DNA from: an uncultured Alphaproteobacteria bacterium | GTDB taxonomy: Bacteria; Pseudomonadota; Alphaproteobacteria; Rhodospirillales; Defluviicoccaceae | Direction: 5' to 3' | DNA: 24,000 bases | Assembly (NCBI GenBank): GCA_963772635.1 | Contig: CAVYYK010000040.1 | Coordinates: forward strand, 8,169-32,168 | Shown: piece by piece, positions 1-8,167 of the stretch | Layout of the letters: every line of letters starts with the position of its first letter | How positions within the stretch are numbered: the stretch's first letter is position 1 | Position numbers and translations under genes: made by a program | The notes under the pieces: model-generated | What the model saw: the letters and a program-made list of their open reading frames with translations, nothing else | Database searches by the model: none | What the model was told of the DNA's origin: nothing

Positions 1-2
1 GC

Positions 3-1406
3 GTCGCCGTGTCGGAGCCGGCCGAGGTGGAGGCCGCCGTCGCCGGGGCCGAGGCCGCGTTCTTGGCCTGGCGGTCGGTGCCGGGGCCGAGGCGGGGGGA
101 GCTGATCCGGCTGCTCGGCGAGGAGCTGAGGGCGCACAAATCGGAACTCGGTCGGCTGGTGACCATCGAGACCGGCAAGATCCTCCAGGAGGGCCTCGGC
201 GAGGTTCAGGAGATGATCGACATCTGCGACTTCGCCGTCGGTCTCTCGCGGCAGCTCTACGGGCTGACCATCGCCTCCGAGCGGCCGGGCCACCGGATGA
301 TGGAAACGTGGCATCCGCTGGGGCCGGTCGCGGTGATCACCGCCTTCAACTTCCCGGTCGCGGTGTGGGCGTGGAACTCGGCGCTGGCGGTGGTGTGCGG
401 CGATCGCGTGGTGTGGAAACCCTCGGAGAAGACGCCGCTGACGGCGCTCGCCTGCCGGGCGCTGTTCGGACGCGCGGTCGCGCGGTTCGGCGACGACGCG
501 CCGGCGGGGCTGCTCTCGGTGGTCAACGGCGGGCGGGAGGTGGGCGAGGGCCTTTCCCGCGACCCCCGGGTCAAGCTGGTCAGCGCCACCGGCAGCTGCC
601 GGATGGGCCGGGAGCTGGGCCCGGTGGTCGCCGCCCGCTTCGGCCGCACGTTGCTGGAGCTCGGCGGCAACAACGCGATGATCGTCACCCCGTCGGCCGA
701 TCTGGAGCTGGCGGCGCGGGCGATCCTGTTCGCCGCCGTCGGCACCGCCGGGCAGCGGTGTACGTCGCTGCGCCGGCTGATCGTCCACGACGACGTCCAT
801 GACGAACTGGTCGGCCGGCTGAAGACCGCGTACGCGTCGGTAAGGGTCGGCGATCCGCTCGATCCGCAAACCCTGGTCGGGCCGTTGATCGACGGCGCTT
901 CGTACGAGCGGATGGCCGCGGCGCTGACCGCCGCCGCCGCCGACGGCGGCCGCGTTTCCGGCGGCGAACGGGTGCTGGAGAACCGGTATCCCCGTGGCTG
1001 GTACGTCAAGCCGGCGATCGTCGAGATGCCGACGCAGAGCGGCATCGTCCGCGACGAGACGTTCGCGCCGATCCTCTACGCGATGCGTTACCAGGCGTTC
1101 GCCGACGCCCTTCGCCTTCACAACGAGGTGCCGCAGGGGCTGTCCTCGAGCATCTTCACCAACGACGTCCGCGAGGCCGAGGCGTTCCTTGCCGCCGAGG
1201 GCAGCGACTGCGGCATCGCCAACGTCAACATCGGTCCCTCGGGCGCCGAAATCGGCGGCGCCTTCGGCGGCGAGAAGGACACCGGCGGCGGCCGCGAGTC
1301 CGGATCCGACGCCTGGAAGAGCTACATGCGCAGGGCGACCAACACCATCAACTATTCCCGCGAGCTGCCGCTGGCCCAGGGGATCGTGTTCGACGTGGGC
1401 GATTAG
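3..1406 (+). CDS. Aldehyde dehydrogenase, ALDH7/AmaB-like (alpha-aminoadipic / piperideine-6-carboxylate semialdehyde dehydrogenase type). The 5' end lies outside the window.
   Basis: The frame is open from the window edge. It carries ALDH signatures: the catalytic Cys motif FAAVGTAGQRCTSLRR, the general-base motif LELGGNNA, and the ALDH7-typical GEVQEMIDICDFAVGLSRQLYG. About 40 N-terminal residues appear to be missing compared with family members as I remember them. Confidence 0.85.
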   Translation, partial: VAVSEPAEVEAAVAGAEAAFLAWRSVPGPRRGELIRLLGEELRAHKSELGRLVTIETGKILQEGLGEVQEMIDICDFAVGLSRQLYGLTIASERPGHRMMETWHPLGPVAVITAFNFPVAVWAWNSALAVVCGDRVVWKPSEKTPLTALACRALFGRAVARFGDDAPAGLLSVVNGGREVGEGLSRDPRVKLVSATGSCRMGRELGPVVAARFGRTLLELGGNNAMIVTPSADLELAARAILFAAVGTAGQRCTSLRRLIVHDDVHDELVGRLKTAYASVRVGDPLDPQTLVGPLIDGASYERMAAALTAAAADGGRVSGGERVLENRYPRGWYVKPAIVEMPTQSGIVRDETFAPILYAMRYQAFADALRLHNEVPQGLSSSIFTNDVREAEAFLAAEGSDCGIANVNIGPSGAEIGGAFGGEKDTGGGRESGSDAWKSYMRRATNTINYSRELPLAQGIVFDVGD

Positions 1407-1417
1407 GATCGAACGAT

Positions 1418-1822
1418 ATGCTGACGATTGCACCGGAGAAGGTCTGCTATCTGATCATCAAGGCGCGGGAATTCGACGTCAAGATGGAGCCGGAGGTTCC
1501 CGATCCCGGCGATAACCCGACCGACGACGCCGATCGGGAAATCCTGTTCGATTATCCGGACGATCCGACCGTCGAGGAGATCCGCGCCTTTCTCGAAGGG
1601 TTGAACGAGGACGAATCGGCGGAAATTCTCGCGCTGGTTTGGCTCGGCCGCGGCGACTACGTTGTCGGCGAGTGGGAGACCATCGTCTCGACGGCGCTGG
1701 AGGATGTGGATAGCCGGCGCCCGGAAGCGCTTCTCGGCATTCCTCTGCTCGGCGACTATCTGGAAGAGGGTTTGTCCCAACTCGGTCATTCTTGCGAGGA
1801 CGTGGAACTGGGGAGGCTATGA
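1418..1822 (+). CDS. DUF3775 domain-containing protein
   Basis: This 134-aa acidic protein contains EKVCYLIIKAREFDVK, LNEDESAEILALVWLGRGDY and PLLGDYLEEGL. These match my memory of the DUF3775 family. GC3 is high and it is tightly packed behind the ALDH gene. Confidence 0.75.
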   Translation: MLTIAPEKVCYLIIKAREFDVKMEPEVPDPGDNPTDDADREILFDYPDDPTVEEIRAFLEGLNEDESAEILALVWLGRGDYVVGEWETIVSTALEDVDSRRPEALLGIPLLGDYLEEGLSQLGHSCEDVELGRL

Positions 1823-1826
1823 CGCA

Positions 1827-2423
1827 ATGGCAAAGCGGATCGAATATTTTCTCTCGCTCAATTCGCCTTGGAGCTACCTGGGCGGCGAGCGCCTGAAGCG
1901 GATCGCCGCCCAGGCGGGCGCCGAGGTCGAGGTGTTGCCGGTGAAGCTGGGCGAAGTGTTCGGCAAGACCGGCGGGGTGCCGCTGCCGCAGCGATCACCG
2001 GCGCGTCAGGCCTATCGGCTGGTGGAGCTGCAACGGTGGCGTGATCATCTGGGGATCCCCATACTTCTCCAGCCCAAGCACTTCCCCGCCGACGAAATCC
2101 TCGCGGCGCACGCGGTCATCACCGCGGGGCGGACCGGAGGCGACGCGCTGGCGTTCGCCATCGCCGTCGGCAAGGCGCTGTGGGAGCAGGACCGGGATAT
2201 CGGCGACGCCAAGGTCCTCGGCGAGGTCGCGTCATCGGTCGGCATCGACCTCGACCGGCTGAGGGCCGATCCGGCGTTCCCGGGCGCCGCCGAGCGGCAC
2301 ACCGCCAATACCGACCGGGCGCTGGAACGGCAGGTGTTCGGGGCGCCCGCCTACGTCTACAACGGCGAGCTGTTCTGGGGCCAGGACCGCCTGGATTTCC
2401 TCGAGCGGGCGTTGCGGGCCTGA
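1827..2423 (+). CDS. 2-hydroxychromene-2-carboxylate isomerase family protein (DsbA-like thioredoxin fold)
   Basis: I place the start at ATG 1827, preceded by GGGGAGG at 1810-1816. The track ORF starting at 1662 overlaps the previous gene. N-terminal IEYFLSLNSPWSYLG and C-terminal GAPAYVYNGELFWGQDRLDFLERAL are typical of HCCA isomerase / DsbA-like proteins. Confidence 0.8.
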   Translation: MAKRIEYFLSLNSPWSYLGGERLKRIAAQAGAEVEVLPVKLGEVFGKTGGVPLPQRSPARQAYRLVELQRWRDHLGIPILLQPKHFPADEILAAHAVITAGRTGGDALAFAIAVGKALWEQDRDIGDAKVLGEVASSVGIDLDRLRADPAFPGAAERHTANTDRALERQVFGAPAYVYNGELFWGQDRLDFLERALRA

Positions 2424-2504
2424 CGGAACCATCGCGGGTATGGGCGGTCGTGCCGGTGACTACGGGCGAGCCGGGACGTCCGGTTCGGTCGCCGGATCGG
2501 CCCG

Positions 2505-3752
2505 ATGACTGAATCCTCGTCCACCCGTGCGCTGATCCCGATCCTGGTGTCCGCCGGCATCCTGCTCGGCGGCAATGGTCTCCTGGTCACCTTGGTGACC
2601 GTACGGGCCAACATGGAGGGGTTCTCCCCGACCCTGATCGGTCTGATCGGCACCGCCTATTTCATCGGCTTCTTCGTCGGCTGTCTGACCACGGCCAAGC
2701 TCATCCAGCGCGCCGGTCATATCCGCGTGTTTGCGGCGTTGTCGGCGACGGTGGCGATCACCGTCCTCGGCATGGGCCTGATCACCGAGCCCTGGGCGTG
2801 GGCGGTCATGCGCGCGCTGGCGGGGTTCTCGTTTTCCGGGGTCATCATGGTGATCGAGAGCTGGCTCAACGAGGCCTCGGCGAACGCCGATCGCGGCCGC
2901 ACCCTGAGCCTCTATCGCGTCGTCGATCTGTTTTCGGTAACCGGCGCCCAGTTTATCCTGCCCGCCGTCGGCGCCGGACAGTTCGCCATTTTCGCGGTCA
3001 CCGCGATCCTGTTCTGTTTGTCGCTGATCCCGGTGTCGCTGTCGCGCGCCACCAGTCCGCGTCCGCCCGCCAGCGCCCGGCTGCGCCCGCTGGCGATCTG
3101 GATGCTTTCGCCGGTCGCCGGCATGGGCTGCCTCACTCTCGGGCTGACCAACAGTGCCTTTCGCACCATCGGGCCGGTCTACGCCCAGGATATGGGGCTG
3201 AGCGTCGAACAGGTGGCGGTGTTCATGAGCCTGGGGATCCTGGCGGGAGCGGTGTTCCAGTACCCGTTGGGCTGGCTGTCCGACCGGTTCGACCGGCGCC
3301 TGGTGCTGATCGTGGCGACCGCCGGCGCGGCCCTTTCCAGCCTGGCGCTGTCCAGCTTCGGCCATCTCGGTCCGACCCAGATCTACCTCGGCGGATTTCT
3401 GTTCGGCGGGTTCTCGCTGCCGCTGTACTCGTTGTCGGCGGCCCACGCCAACGACCATGCCGGCCCCGGCCAATTCGTCGAGCTCGCCGCGGGACTGCTG
3501 TTCTTCTACGCCATCGGCGCTTCGGTGGGGCCGTTGATCGCGTCGGTGTGCATGGAGCGGTTCGGCCCGGCGTCGATGTTCCTCTATACCTCGGCCATGC
3601 ACTTCTGTTTCGTCGGCTTCCTGGTGTTCCGGATGACGCGCCGCGCCGCCACCCCGCGGACCTTGCGCAAACGGTTCGTCGGCCTGCTCAGAACCTCGCC
3701 GGCGATCTTTCGCCTTTCGCGACCCAACGGCGACAAAGGGAAGTCGTCATAG
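2505..3752 (+). CDS. MFS transporter
   Basis: The 415-aa protein reads as about 12 hydrophobic segments. An MFS loop motif sits after TM2 (KLIQRAGHIRVF) and a second-half repeat motif follows (GWLSDRFDRRLVL). Confidence 0.85.
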   Translation: MTESSSTRALIPILVSAGILLGGNGLLVTLVTVRANMEGFSPTLIGLIGTAYFIGFFVGCLTTAKLIQRAGHIRVFAALSATVAITVLGMGLITEPWAWAVMRALAGFSFSGVIMVIESWLNEASANADRGRTLSLYRVVDLFSVTGAQFILPAVGAGQFAIFAVTAILFCLSLIPVSLSRATSPRPPASARLRPLAIWMLSPVAGMGCLTLGLTNSAFRTIGPVYAQDMGLSVEQVAVFMSLGILAGAVFQYPLGWLSDRFDRRLVLIVATAGAALSSLALSSFGHLGPTQIYLGGFLFGGFSLPLYSLSAAHANDHAGPGQFVELAAGLLFFYAIGASVGPLIASVCMERFGPASMFLYTSAMHFCFVGFLVFRMTRRAATPRTLRKRFVGLLRTSPAIFRLSRPNGDKGKSS

Positions 3753-3788
3753 GTTTCGGGTTGCTTCTCCCGGGGATCGGACGGCGTA

Positions 3789-4331
3789 TCAGCCGCCGTG
3801 GACCTTGCCGGCGCGGGCGCGGGCGAGATCGACTTCCTTCTCCAGTTCCACCTCGGCGCACAGACCGAGGCCCGCCGGGTTGCGCGGCTTGATGTTCTGG
3901 GTGTTCCAGTGGGTTCGGTCGCGCACCTTGTCGATGGTCGGCTTGGTGGTGCCGACCAGCTTGCACACCTGCGAGTCGCTCAGCTCCGGATAGTTCTTCA
4001 GCAGCCAGGCGATCGCATCGGGGCGGTCCTGCCGTTTCGAGACCGGCGTGTACCGGGCGCCCTTGGGGCGCGCCTCGGGGATCGGGATCCTCCGTTCCGC
4101 CGACTTCAGTCGCGCGTTGGGATCGGCGCTGCAGCGATCGATCTCTTGCTGGGTCAGTTCGCCGTCGGCAATCGGGTCGGCGCCCTGCATGCCGATCGCC
4201 ACCTCGCCGTCGGCAATGGCCTGGACTTCCAACGAATGCATCCCGCAGTACTCGGAGATCTGCTCGAAGGTCAGGGCGGTGTTTTCCACGAGCCATACGG
4301 CCGTGGCCTTGGGCATGAGGGGGAGAGGCAT
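3789..4331 (-). CDS. DUF1013 domain-containing protein (TrcR-like cell-cycle transcriptional regulator family of alphaproteobacteria)
   Basis: The 180-aa protein begins PLMPKATAVWLVENTALTFEQISEYCGMHSLEVQAIADGE and later contains DAIAWLLKNYPELSDSQVCKLVGTTKPTIDKVRDRTHWN. I recognise this as the DUF1013/TrcR family from memory. Confidence 0.75.
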   Translation of the reverse strand: MPLPLMPKATAVWLVENTALTFEQISEYCGMHSLEVQAIADGEVAIGMQGADPIADGELTQQEIDRCSADPNARLKSAERRIPIPEARPKGARYTPVSKRQDRPDAIAWLLKNYPELSDSQVCKLVGTTKPTIDKVRDRTHWNTQNIKPRNPAGLGLCAEVELEKEVDLARARAGKVHGG

Positions 4332-4450
4332 GAACGTTTTCTCGTTTTGTCAGGAGTCGAAGACCATCCAGGGTATCGGCAATGCAGCCGATCCGCTTGA
4401 TCGGGCGGTCTCTTATCTATGGTTTAGATATAGCCCACGTATATCACGCG

Positions 4451-5461
4451 TCAAATCCTGTCGGCTACCAGCATTATTTTGCCGACGTGGGCGGCCGCGT
4501 CCATGATCCGGTGGCCTTCGGCGGCTTCGGCGAGGGGCAGGCGGGCATGGATGACCGGCGTGATCCGGCCGGCTTCGATCAGCGGCCAGATTCTTGCCTT
4601 CAGTGCGGCGGCGATGGCGCCCTTGCGCTCGACCGACTGGACCCTCAACGTCGAGCCGGTCAGCGTCAGCCGTTTCAGCATCACCGGCATCAGATCGATC
4701 TCCACCTTGCTCCCCTTGCGGAAGGCGATGCCGACCAGCCGCCCGTCGCGGGCGAGGCAGGCGATGTTGCGGGCGACGTAGTCGCCGCCGACGATGTCGA
4801 GGATCACGTCGACCCCCTTGCCGGCGGTGGCCTCCTTGATCACCGCGACGAAATCCTCGGCGGTGTAGTCGATCGCCCGTTCGGCGCCCAGCCGCTCCAG
4901 GGTGGCGCACTTGTCGGCGCCGCCTTCGGTGGTGAACACCCGATGGCCGAGGGCGCCGGCGATCTGGATGGCGGTGGTGCCGATGCCGCCGCCGCCGCCG
5001 TGGACCAGAAGGCTCTCGCCGTCGGCGAGGCGGGCGCGCTCGAAGATGTTGCTCCACACCGTGAAGAACGTCTCCGGCAGCGCCGCCGCCTGCACCATGT
5101 CGAGGCCCTTGGGCACCGGCAGGCACTGGGCGGCGGGGGCGGTGCAGTACTCGGCGTAGCCGCCGCCGGCGGTGAGCGCGCACAGGGTGTCTCCGACCCG
5201 CCAGCCGCTGACGCCGTCGCCGAGCGCGACCACGGTGCCGGCGATCTCCAGTCCCGGGAGGTCGGTCGTCCCCGGCGGCGCCGGATACAGCCCCTTGCGC
5301 TGATAGATGTCGGGGCCGTTGATCCCCGCCGCCGCCACCCGGACCAGCACCTCGCCGGGCTCGGGGCGCGGCACCGGCCGCGTCGTCGGTTTCAACACCT
5401 CGGGGCCGCCGGGCTCGCTGATCTCGACGCAGGTCATGGTTTCGGGCAGGGATTCGGTCAT
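4451..5461 (-). CDS. NAD(P)H:quinone oxidoreductase, medium-chain dehydrogenase/reductase family (Qor/PIG3 type)
   Basis: The N-terminal GroES-like part reads GEVLVRVAAAGINGPDIYQRKGLYP. The Rossmann motif is LVHGGGGGIGTTAIQIA and the C-terminus reads AEGHRIMDAAAHVGKIML. A GGAG lies 6 nt upstream of the ATG at 5461. Confidence 0.85.
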   Translation of the reverse strand: MTESLPETMTCVEISEPGGPEVLKPTTRPVPRPEPGEVLVRVAAAGINGPDIYQRKGLYPAPPGTTDLPGLEIAGTVVALGDGVSGWRVGDTLCALTAGGGYAEYCTAPAAQCLPVPKGLDMVQAAALPETFFTVWSNIFERARLADGESLLVHGGGGGIGTTAIQIAGALGHRVFTTEGGADKCATLERLGAERAIDYTAEDFVAVIKEATAGKGVDVILDIVGGDYVARNIACLARDGRLVGIAFRKGSKVEIDLMPVMLKRLTLTGSTLRVQSVERKGAIAAALKARIWPLIEAGRITPVIHARLPLAEAAEGHRIMDAAAHVGKIMLVADRI

Positions 5462-5538
5462 CGTGCGCTCCGGCTTTTCTCGTTTCGGGATGACGGTCTA
5501 GTATGAGCCGTCGTCGTCGGTCAAGGAGAGGAACGATC

Positions 5539-5721
5539 ATGGACCCCGAAGATCTGGAACCGAAAACCAAGAAGCCCGTGCCGAAAAACCTGGAGGTGAT
5601 GTCGATCGAGGCCCTGCGCGAGTACGTCGGCGAACTGGAAGCGGAGATCGCCCGGGCTCACGAGATGATCGCCGCCAAGGAAAAGGCCCGCGTCGGCGCG
5701 GAAACGCTGTTCAGGCGCTGA
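5539..5721 (+). CDS. DUF1192 domain-containing protein (small coiled-coil protein)
   Basis: I place the start at ATG 5539, with AAGGAGAG at 5523-5530. The 60-aa product contains DLEPK...LEVMSIEALREYVGELEAEIARAHEMIAAKE, which is typical of DUF1192 as I remember it. Confidence 0.7.
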   Translation: MDPEDLEPKTKKPVPKNLEVMSIEALREYVGELEAEIARAHEMIAAKEKARVGAETLFRR

Positions 5722-5810
5722 GTTCAGGGTGGAAACGTGATGCAACCAAGAGAGAGATTTTGATGATAATTTGCTACTAAAAATTTTTTTCACCGCGATG
5801 AAAATAACCA

Positions 5811-5840
5811 TTGATTGTAGTTATGCGATTGACGTATAAC
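5811..5840 (+). promoter_or_regulatory. Sigma70-like promoter candidate. -35 is TTGATT (5811-5816), followed by an 18-nt spacer and -10 TATAAC (5835-5840). An A/T tract lies upstream at about 5771-5790.
   Basis: I read this directly from the sequence. It is the only strongly AT-rich patch in the region. It sits between the DUF1192 stop and a structured segment that ends in a terminator. Confidence 0.4.
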
Positions 5841-5846
5841 TTTGGT

Positions 5847-5958
5847 TGTCCCGCGAGCGTTGATGTCGAACCGGTCACGGGCCACACGGGAACGAGACCC
5901 TGGTTCGACTTGACCTCCTCCCTATCCAAACTAAGCCGCCCTTCGGGGCGGCTTTTTT
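5847..5958 (+). ncRNA. Candidate trans-acting sRNA (5' end approximate) with a single-stranded CCUCCUCCC anti-Shine-Dalgarno-like motif. It resembles the alphaproteobacterial cuckoo/CcsR/alpha-r14 type.
   Basis: No ORF in this stretch looks coding. Stem-loop 1 pairs GTCGAACCGGTC (5865-5876) with GACC..GGTTCGAC (5896-5909). An unpaired linker carries CCTCCTCCC at 5914-5922. A GC-rich terminator hairpin follows at 5933-5958. Confidence 0.45.
5933..5958 (+). terminator. Rho-independent terminator
   Basis: AAGCCGCCC, TTCG loop, GGGCGGCTT, followed by TTTTT. This is a perfect 9-bp stem with a tetraloop and a T-run on the + strand. Confidence 0.8.
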
Positions 5959-6031
5959 GTCCGCGATCGTTGACCCGCGGCCGGTCGCCTCAATAGGGTG
6001 GCCGGCGATCGTTTGGCGAGGGGAGGGCGGC

Positions 6032-6790
6032 ATGGAAGTGACGGTGGACGATTGCGCCGTTTACGCGGAGGTGCGCAACGAAGCGGCGGCCGAGACGACG
6101 GTGCTGCTGCATGGCGCGGGGCTGGATCACCGGATGTGGGCGGGGGTGAGCCCGGCTCTGGCCGCGGCCGGCCGGCGGGTGATGGCGCTCGATCTGCCCG
6201 GCCACGGCCGGTCACGGGGACAGCGCCGCGGGGAGATCGTCGAGGCCGCGGGCTGGGTTCGCCGTTTTCTCGATGCCGCCGGCCTCGATCGGGTCGCCGT
6301 GGCCGGTTTCAGCATGGGCGCGCTGGTGGCGCTGGAAACGGCGGCGCAGGCGCCGGACCGGGTGCGCTCGCTGGTCCTGGCGGGGGTGGCGGAGCGGATG
6401 CCGGTGCATCCCAAGCTGCTCGCCGCGGCGGCGGCCGACGATCCCGTGGCCTTCGACTTGATCGCCGGATGGGCGCATCATCACCCGGAGCACGCGGCGG
6501 CGACGCGAGCGCTGCTCGCCGATGCGGGGCCGGGGGTACTGCACGCCGACTTCGTCGCCTGCGACAGCTATCGGCGGGCGCTGGACGCGGCGTTGGCTGT
6601 GCGCTGCCCGGTATTGCTGCTACTGGGCGGGAACGACCGGATGACCCCGGCAAGGGCGGCCGAGCCGCTGGCGCAAGCCCTGATCCGGGCGGGGGCGCCG
6701 ACGACCACGGTGTTGCTGCCGGACTGCGGCCACATGATGATGAGCGAGGCCGCCGCCGCCTCCGCTGAGGCGATGCTGCCGTTCGTCTGA
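6032..6790 (+). CDS. Alpha/beta hydrolase fold protein
   Basis: I place the start at ATG 6032 after GGGGAGGG (6020-6027). The track ORF start at 5957 is a TTG inside the terminator. The oxyanion region is VLLHGAGLDHRMW, the nucleophile elbow is GFSMGA, and the C-terminal His region is LPDCGHMMM. Confidence 0.8.
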   Translation: MEVTVDDCAVYAEVRNEAAAETTVLLHGAGLDHRMWAGVSPALAAAGRRVMALDLPGHGRSRGQRRGEIVEAAGWVRRFLDAAGLDRVAVAGFSMGALVALETAAQAPDRVRSLVLAGVAERMPVHPKLLAAAAADDPVAFDLIAGWAHHHPEHAAATRALLADAGPGVLHADFVACDSYRRALDAALAVRCPVLLLLGGNDRMTPARAAEPLAQALIRAGAPTTTVLLPDCGHMMMSEAAAASAEAMLPFV

Positions 6791-6822
6791 GTGCCGACGA
6801 CCATGCAACGAGGGAACCGCCG

Positions 6823-7248
6823 ATGTCCGAAGACCTGACCCGAGAGCACTACCGCTACTGGTTGCCGATCGCGACCCGGTGGGGCGACAACGACATGCTC
6901 GGCCACGTCAACAACGTGGTCTACTTCCGCTATTTCGAGGCGGTGGTGGTCAAGTTCGTGATCGAGGAGGCGGGGCTGGACTGGCAGCACAATCCGGTGG
7001 TGCCCTACGCCGTCGACATCCGCTGCCATTTCCGCCGGCCGCTGTCGTTCCCGGAATTGGTCGACGCCGGCCTGATCATCCAGCGGCTGGGCAACACCAG
7101 CGTGACGTATGGCCTGGCGCTGTTCGCGGAAGGCGACGGCGAGCCGGCGGCGGTCGGCCACTTCATCCACGTCTACGTCGACCGCAACACCGGCACCCCG
7201 GTCCCCATCCCCGCCGCCATCCGCGCCGTCTACGAACGGTATTGCTAA
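6823..7248 (+). CDS. Acyl-CoA thioesterase, hotdog fold (4HBT/YbgC-like)
   Basis: The 141-aa protein has the RWGDNDMLGHVNNVVYFRYFE active-site region typical of 4HBT-type thioesterases. Confidence 0.8.
   Translation: MSEDLTREHYRYWLPIATRWGDNDMLGHVNNVVYFRYFEAVVVKFVIEEAGLDWQHNPVVPYAVDIRCHFRRPLSFPELVDAGLIIQRLGNTSVTYGLALFAEGDGEPAAVGHFIHVYVDRNTGTPVPIPAAIRAVYERYC
7141..7248. repeat. Copy A of a diverged direct repeat (about 80% identity by eye). It is the 3' end of the intact thioesterase gene. Copy B is at 8207-8317.
   Basis: I aligned the two copies by hand. Shared blocks include GGCCACTTC, TCCACGTCTA, GCACCCCGGTCCC and a 23-nt identical run CATCCGCGCCGTCTACGAACGGT. Confidence 0.75.
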
Positions 7249-7385
7249 ACCATAACGCCTGCACATTCGATCTGGATGTTTTCCGGACGGAATATGCAAG
7301 TGCCGGCGGTTTTCGAACCCCGGTGAGATCCGGCGGCGCAATAAGCACTCTCGCCGCGGAAGGACGCAGCGTATGGGCCACCTCC

Positions 7386-7781
7386 TCAGGTGAGGTCGGT
7401 GATCACCTCCGGGCAGGCGGAACACGCGCGCGCCCCTTCCTGGTGAAACCACCGGCAGCGCGCGCGTATCGAGCACAGCGGCAGGGTCTCGGGCGGTCCG
7501 TCCGTCTTGAGAAACCCCATCACGCGTTCGATGACCCCGCAGGAATGACCGGTCCATTGCCGGCAGCTACTCTCGACGCACGGACTGCTAAAGCGGAACC
7601 GTTTCTCGGCCTTGCGTCCCCGCTCGACCTTTTCAACGAAGTCCTCGTCGACGGTGAGTGGGGTCCGCAGAAACCCAACCCGCCCGTCCTCCTGGACGAT
7701 GCCCAGCAGCGTCGCGCCCGGCTTGCAGGTCGAACTCGGGCACAACCGTTCATTTTCCGTCGCCGGATGCGCCTCGGACAC
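7386..7781 (-). CDS. Hypothetical cysteine-rich protein (131 aa, 9 Cys), possibly metal or Fe-S binding
   Basis: Codon usage looks coding. Cys residues lie in LCPSSTC, PCVESSCRQWTGHSCG, PLCSIRARC and ACSAC. I cannot name a family with confidence. It is the second gene of a lower-GC two-gene cassette. Confidence 0.6.
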   Translation of the reverse strand: MSEAHPATENERLCPSSTCKPGATLLGIVQEDGRVGFLRTPLTVDEDFVEKVERGRKAEKRFRFSSPCVESSCRQWTGHSCGVIERVMGFLKTDGPPETLPLCSIRARCRWFHQEGARACSACPEVITDLT

Positions 7782-7826
7782 GGTGTGACGATCCCGTCGG
7801 GCCTGAAGGTGGGCGGCGATCAGCCG

Positions 7827-8057
7827 TCAGCCTCGACCCTGCTTGGCGAACTGCTTGTGGATCTCGTCCAGAACCAACTCGCCCGGATTGATCCAGATGC
7901 CGAGCCATTCCTTCGGGAAGCGGACTCGGAGGTCGCCCTTGAAATCGATGTCGGCCAAAGCGGACAGAGCCGCCTTCTGGATGGCCGCCTCAACCTGTCC
8001 GACCGAGCGCTTGTCTATGCGAACATCGCCGAGATCAACGAGAAATTTAAGCGCCAT
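7827..8057 (-). CDS. Hypothetical small protein (76 aa), first gene of the cassette
   Basis: The ATG at 8057 is preceded by GGGGGAG (complement of 8062-8068). GC3 is reasonably high. I recognise no family. Confidence 0.5.
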   Translation of the reverse strand: MALKFLVDLGDVRIDKRSVGQVEAAIQKAALSALADIDFKGDLRVRFPKEWLGIWINPGELVLDEIHKQFAKQGRG

Positions 8058-8081
8058 GACACTCCCCCGCTTGCGCGTTAT

Positions 8082-8121
8082 TAATAATCATTATTAGACG
8101 CTTTTGCCCGACCCCTGTCAA
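8082..8121 (-). promoter_or_regulatory. Near-consensus sigma70 promoter for the cassette with an overlapping AT-rich perfect palindrome (operator candidate)
   Basis: On the minus strand the promoter reads TTGACA (8116-8121), a 17-nt spacer, then TCTAAT (8093-8098). The palindrome TAATAAT-C-ATTATTA spans 8082-8096 and overlaps the -10 and start region. Confidence 0.5.
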
Positions 8122-8167
8122 TGAAAACCCCCTCCTTGGTTGCGACGTCAGCCTCAGTTGGGGAGCG

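Noticed and set aside
2460-3602. Long antisense or off-frame ORFs. Examples are 2460-3602(-), 2798-3892(+), 4382-5506(+), 4413-5570(-), 6568-7557(-), 15810-16832(-), 17391-19019(-) and 22021-23142(+).
   Set aside because: Their translations are Arg/Pro/Gly/Ala-rich low-complexity strings with no motifs. They lie opposite to, or out of frame with, genes that have clear family signatures. This is the usual stop-codon-poor artefact of high-GC DNA.
4332-4450. The lower-GC region upstream of the TrcR-like gene was checked for CtrA (TTAA-N7-TTAA) or DnaA boxes.
   Set aside because: There is no TTAA-N7-TTAA. The best DnaA-box-like match, TTATCTATG, has only about 6 of 9 positions.
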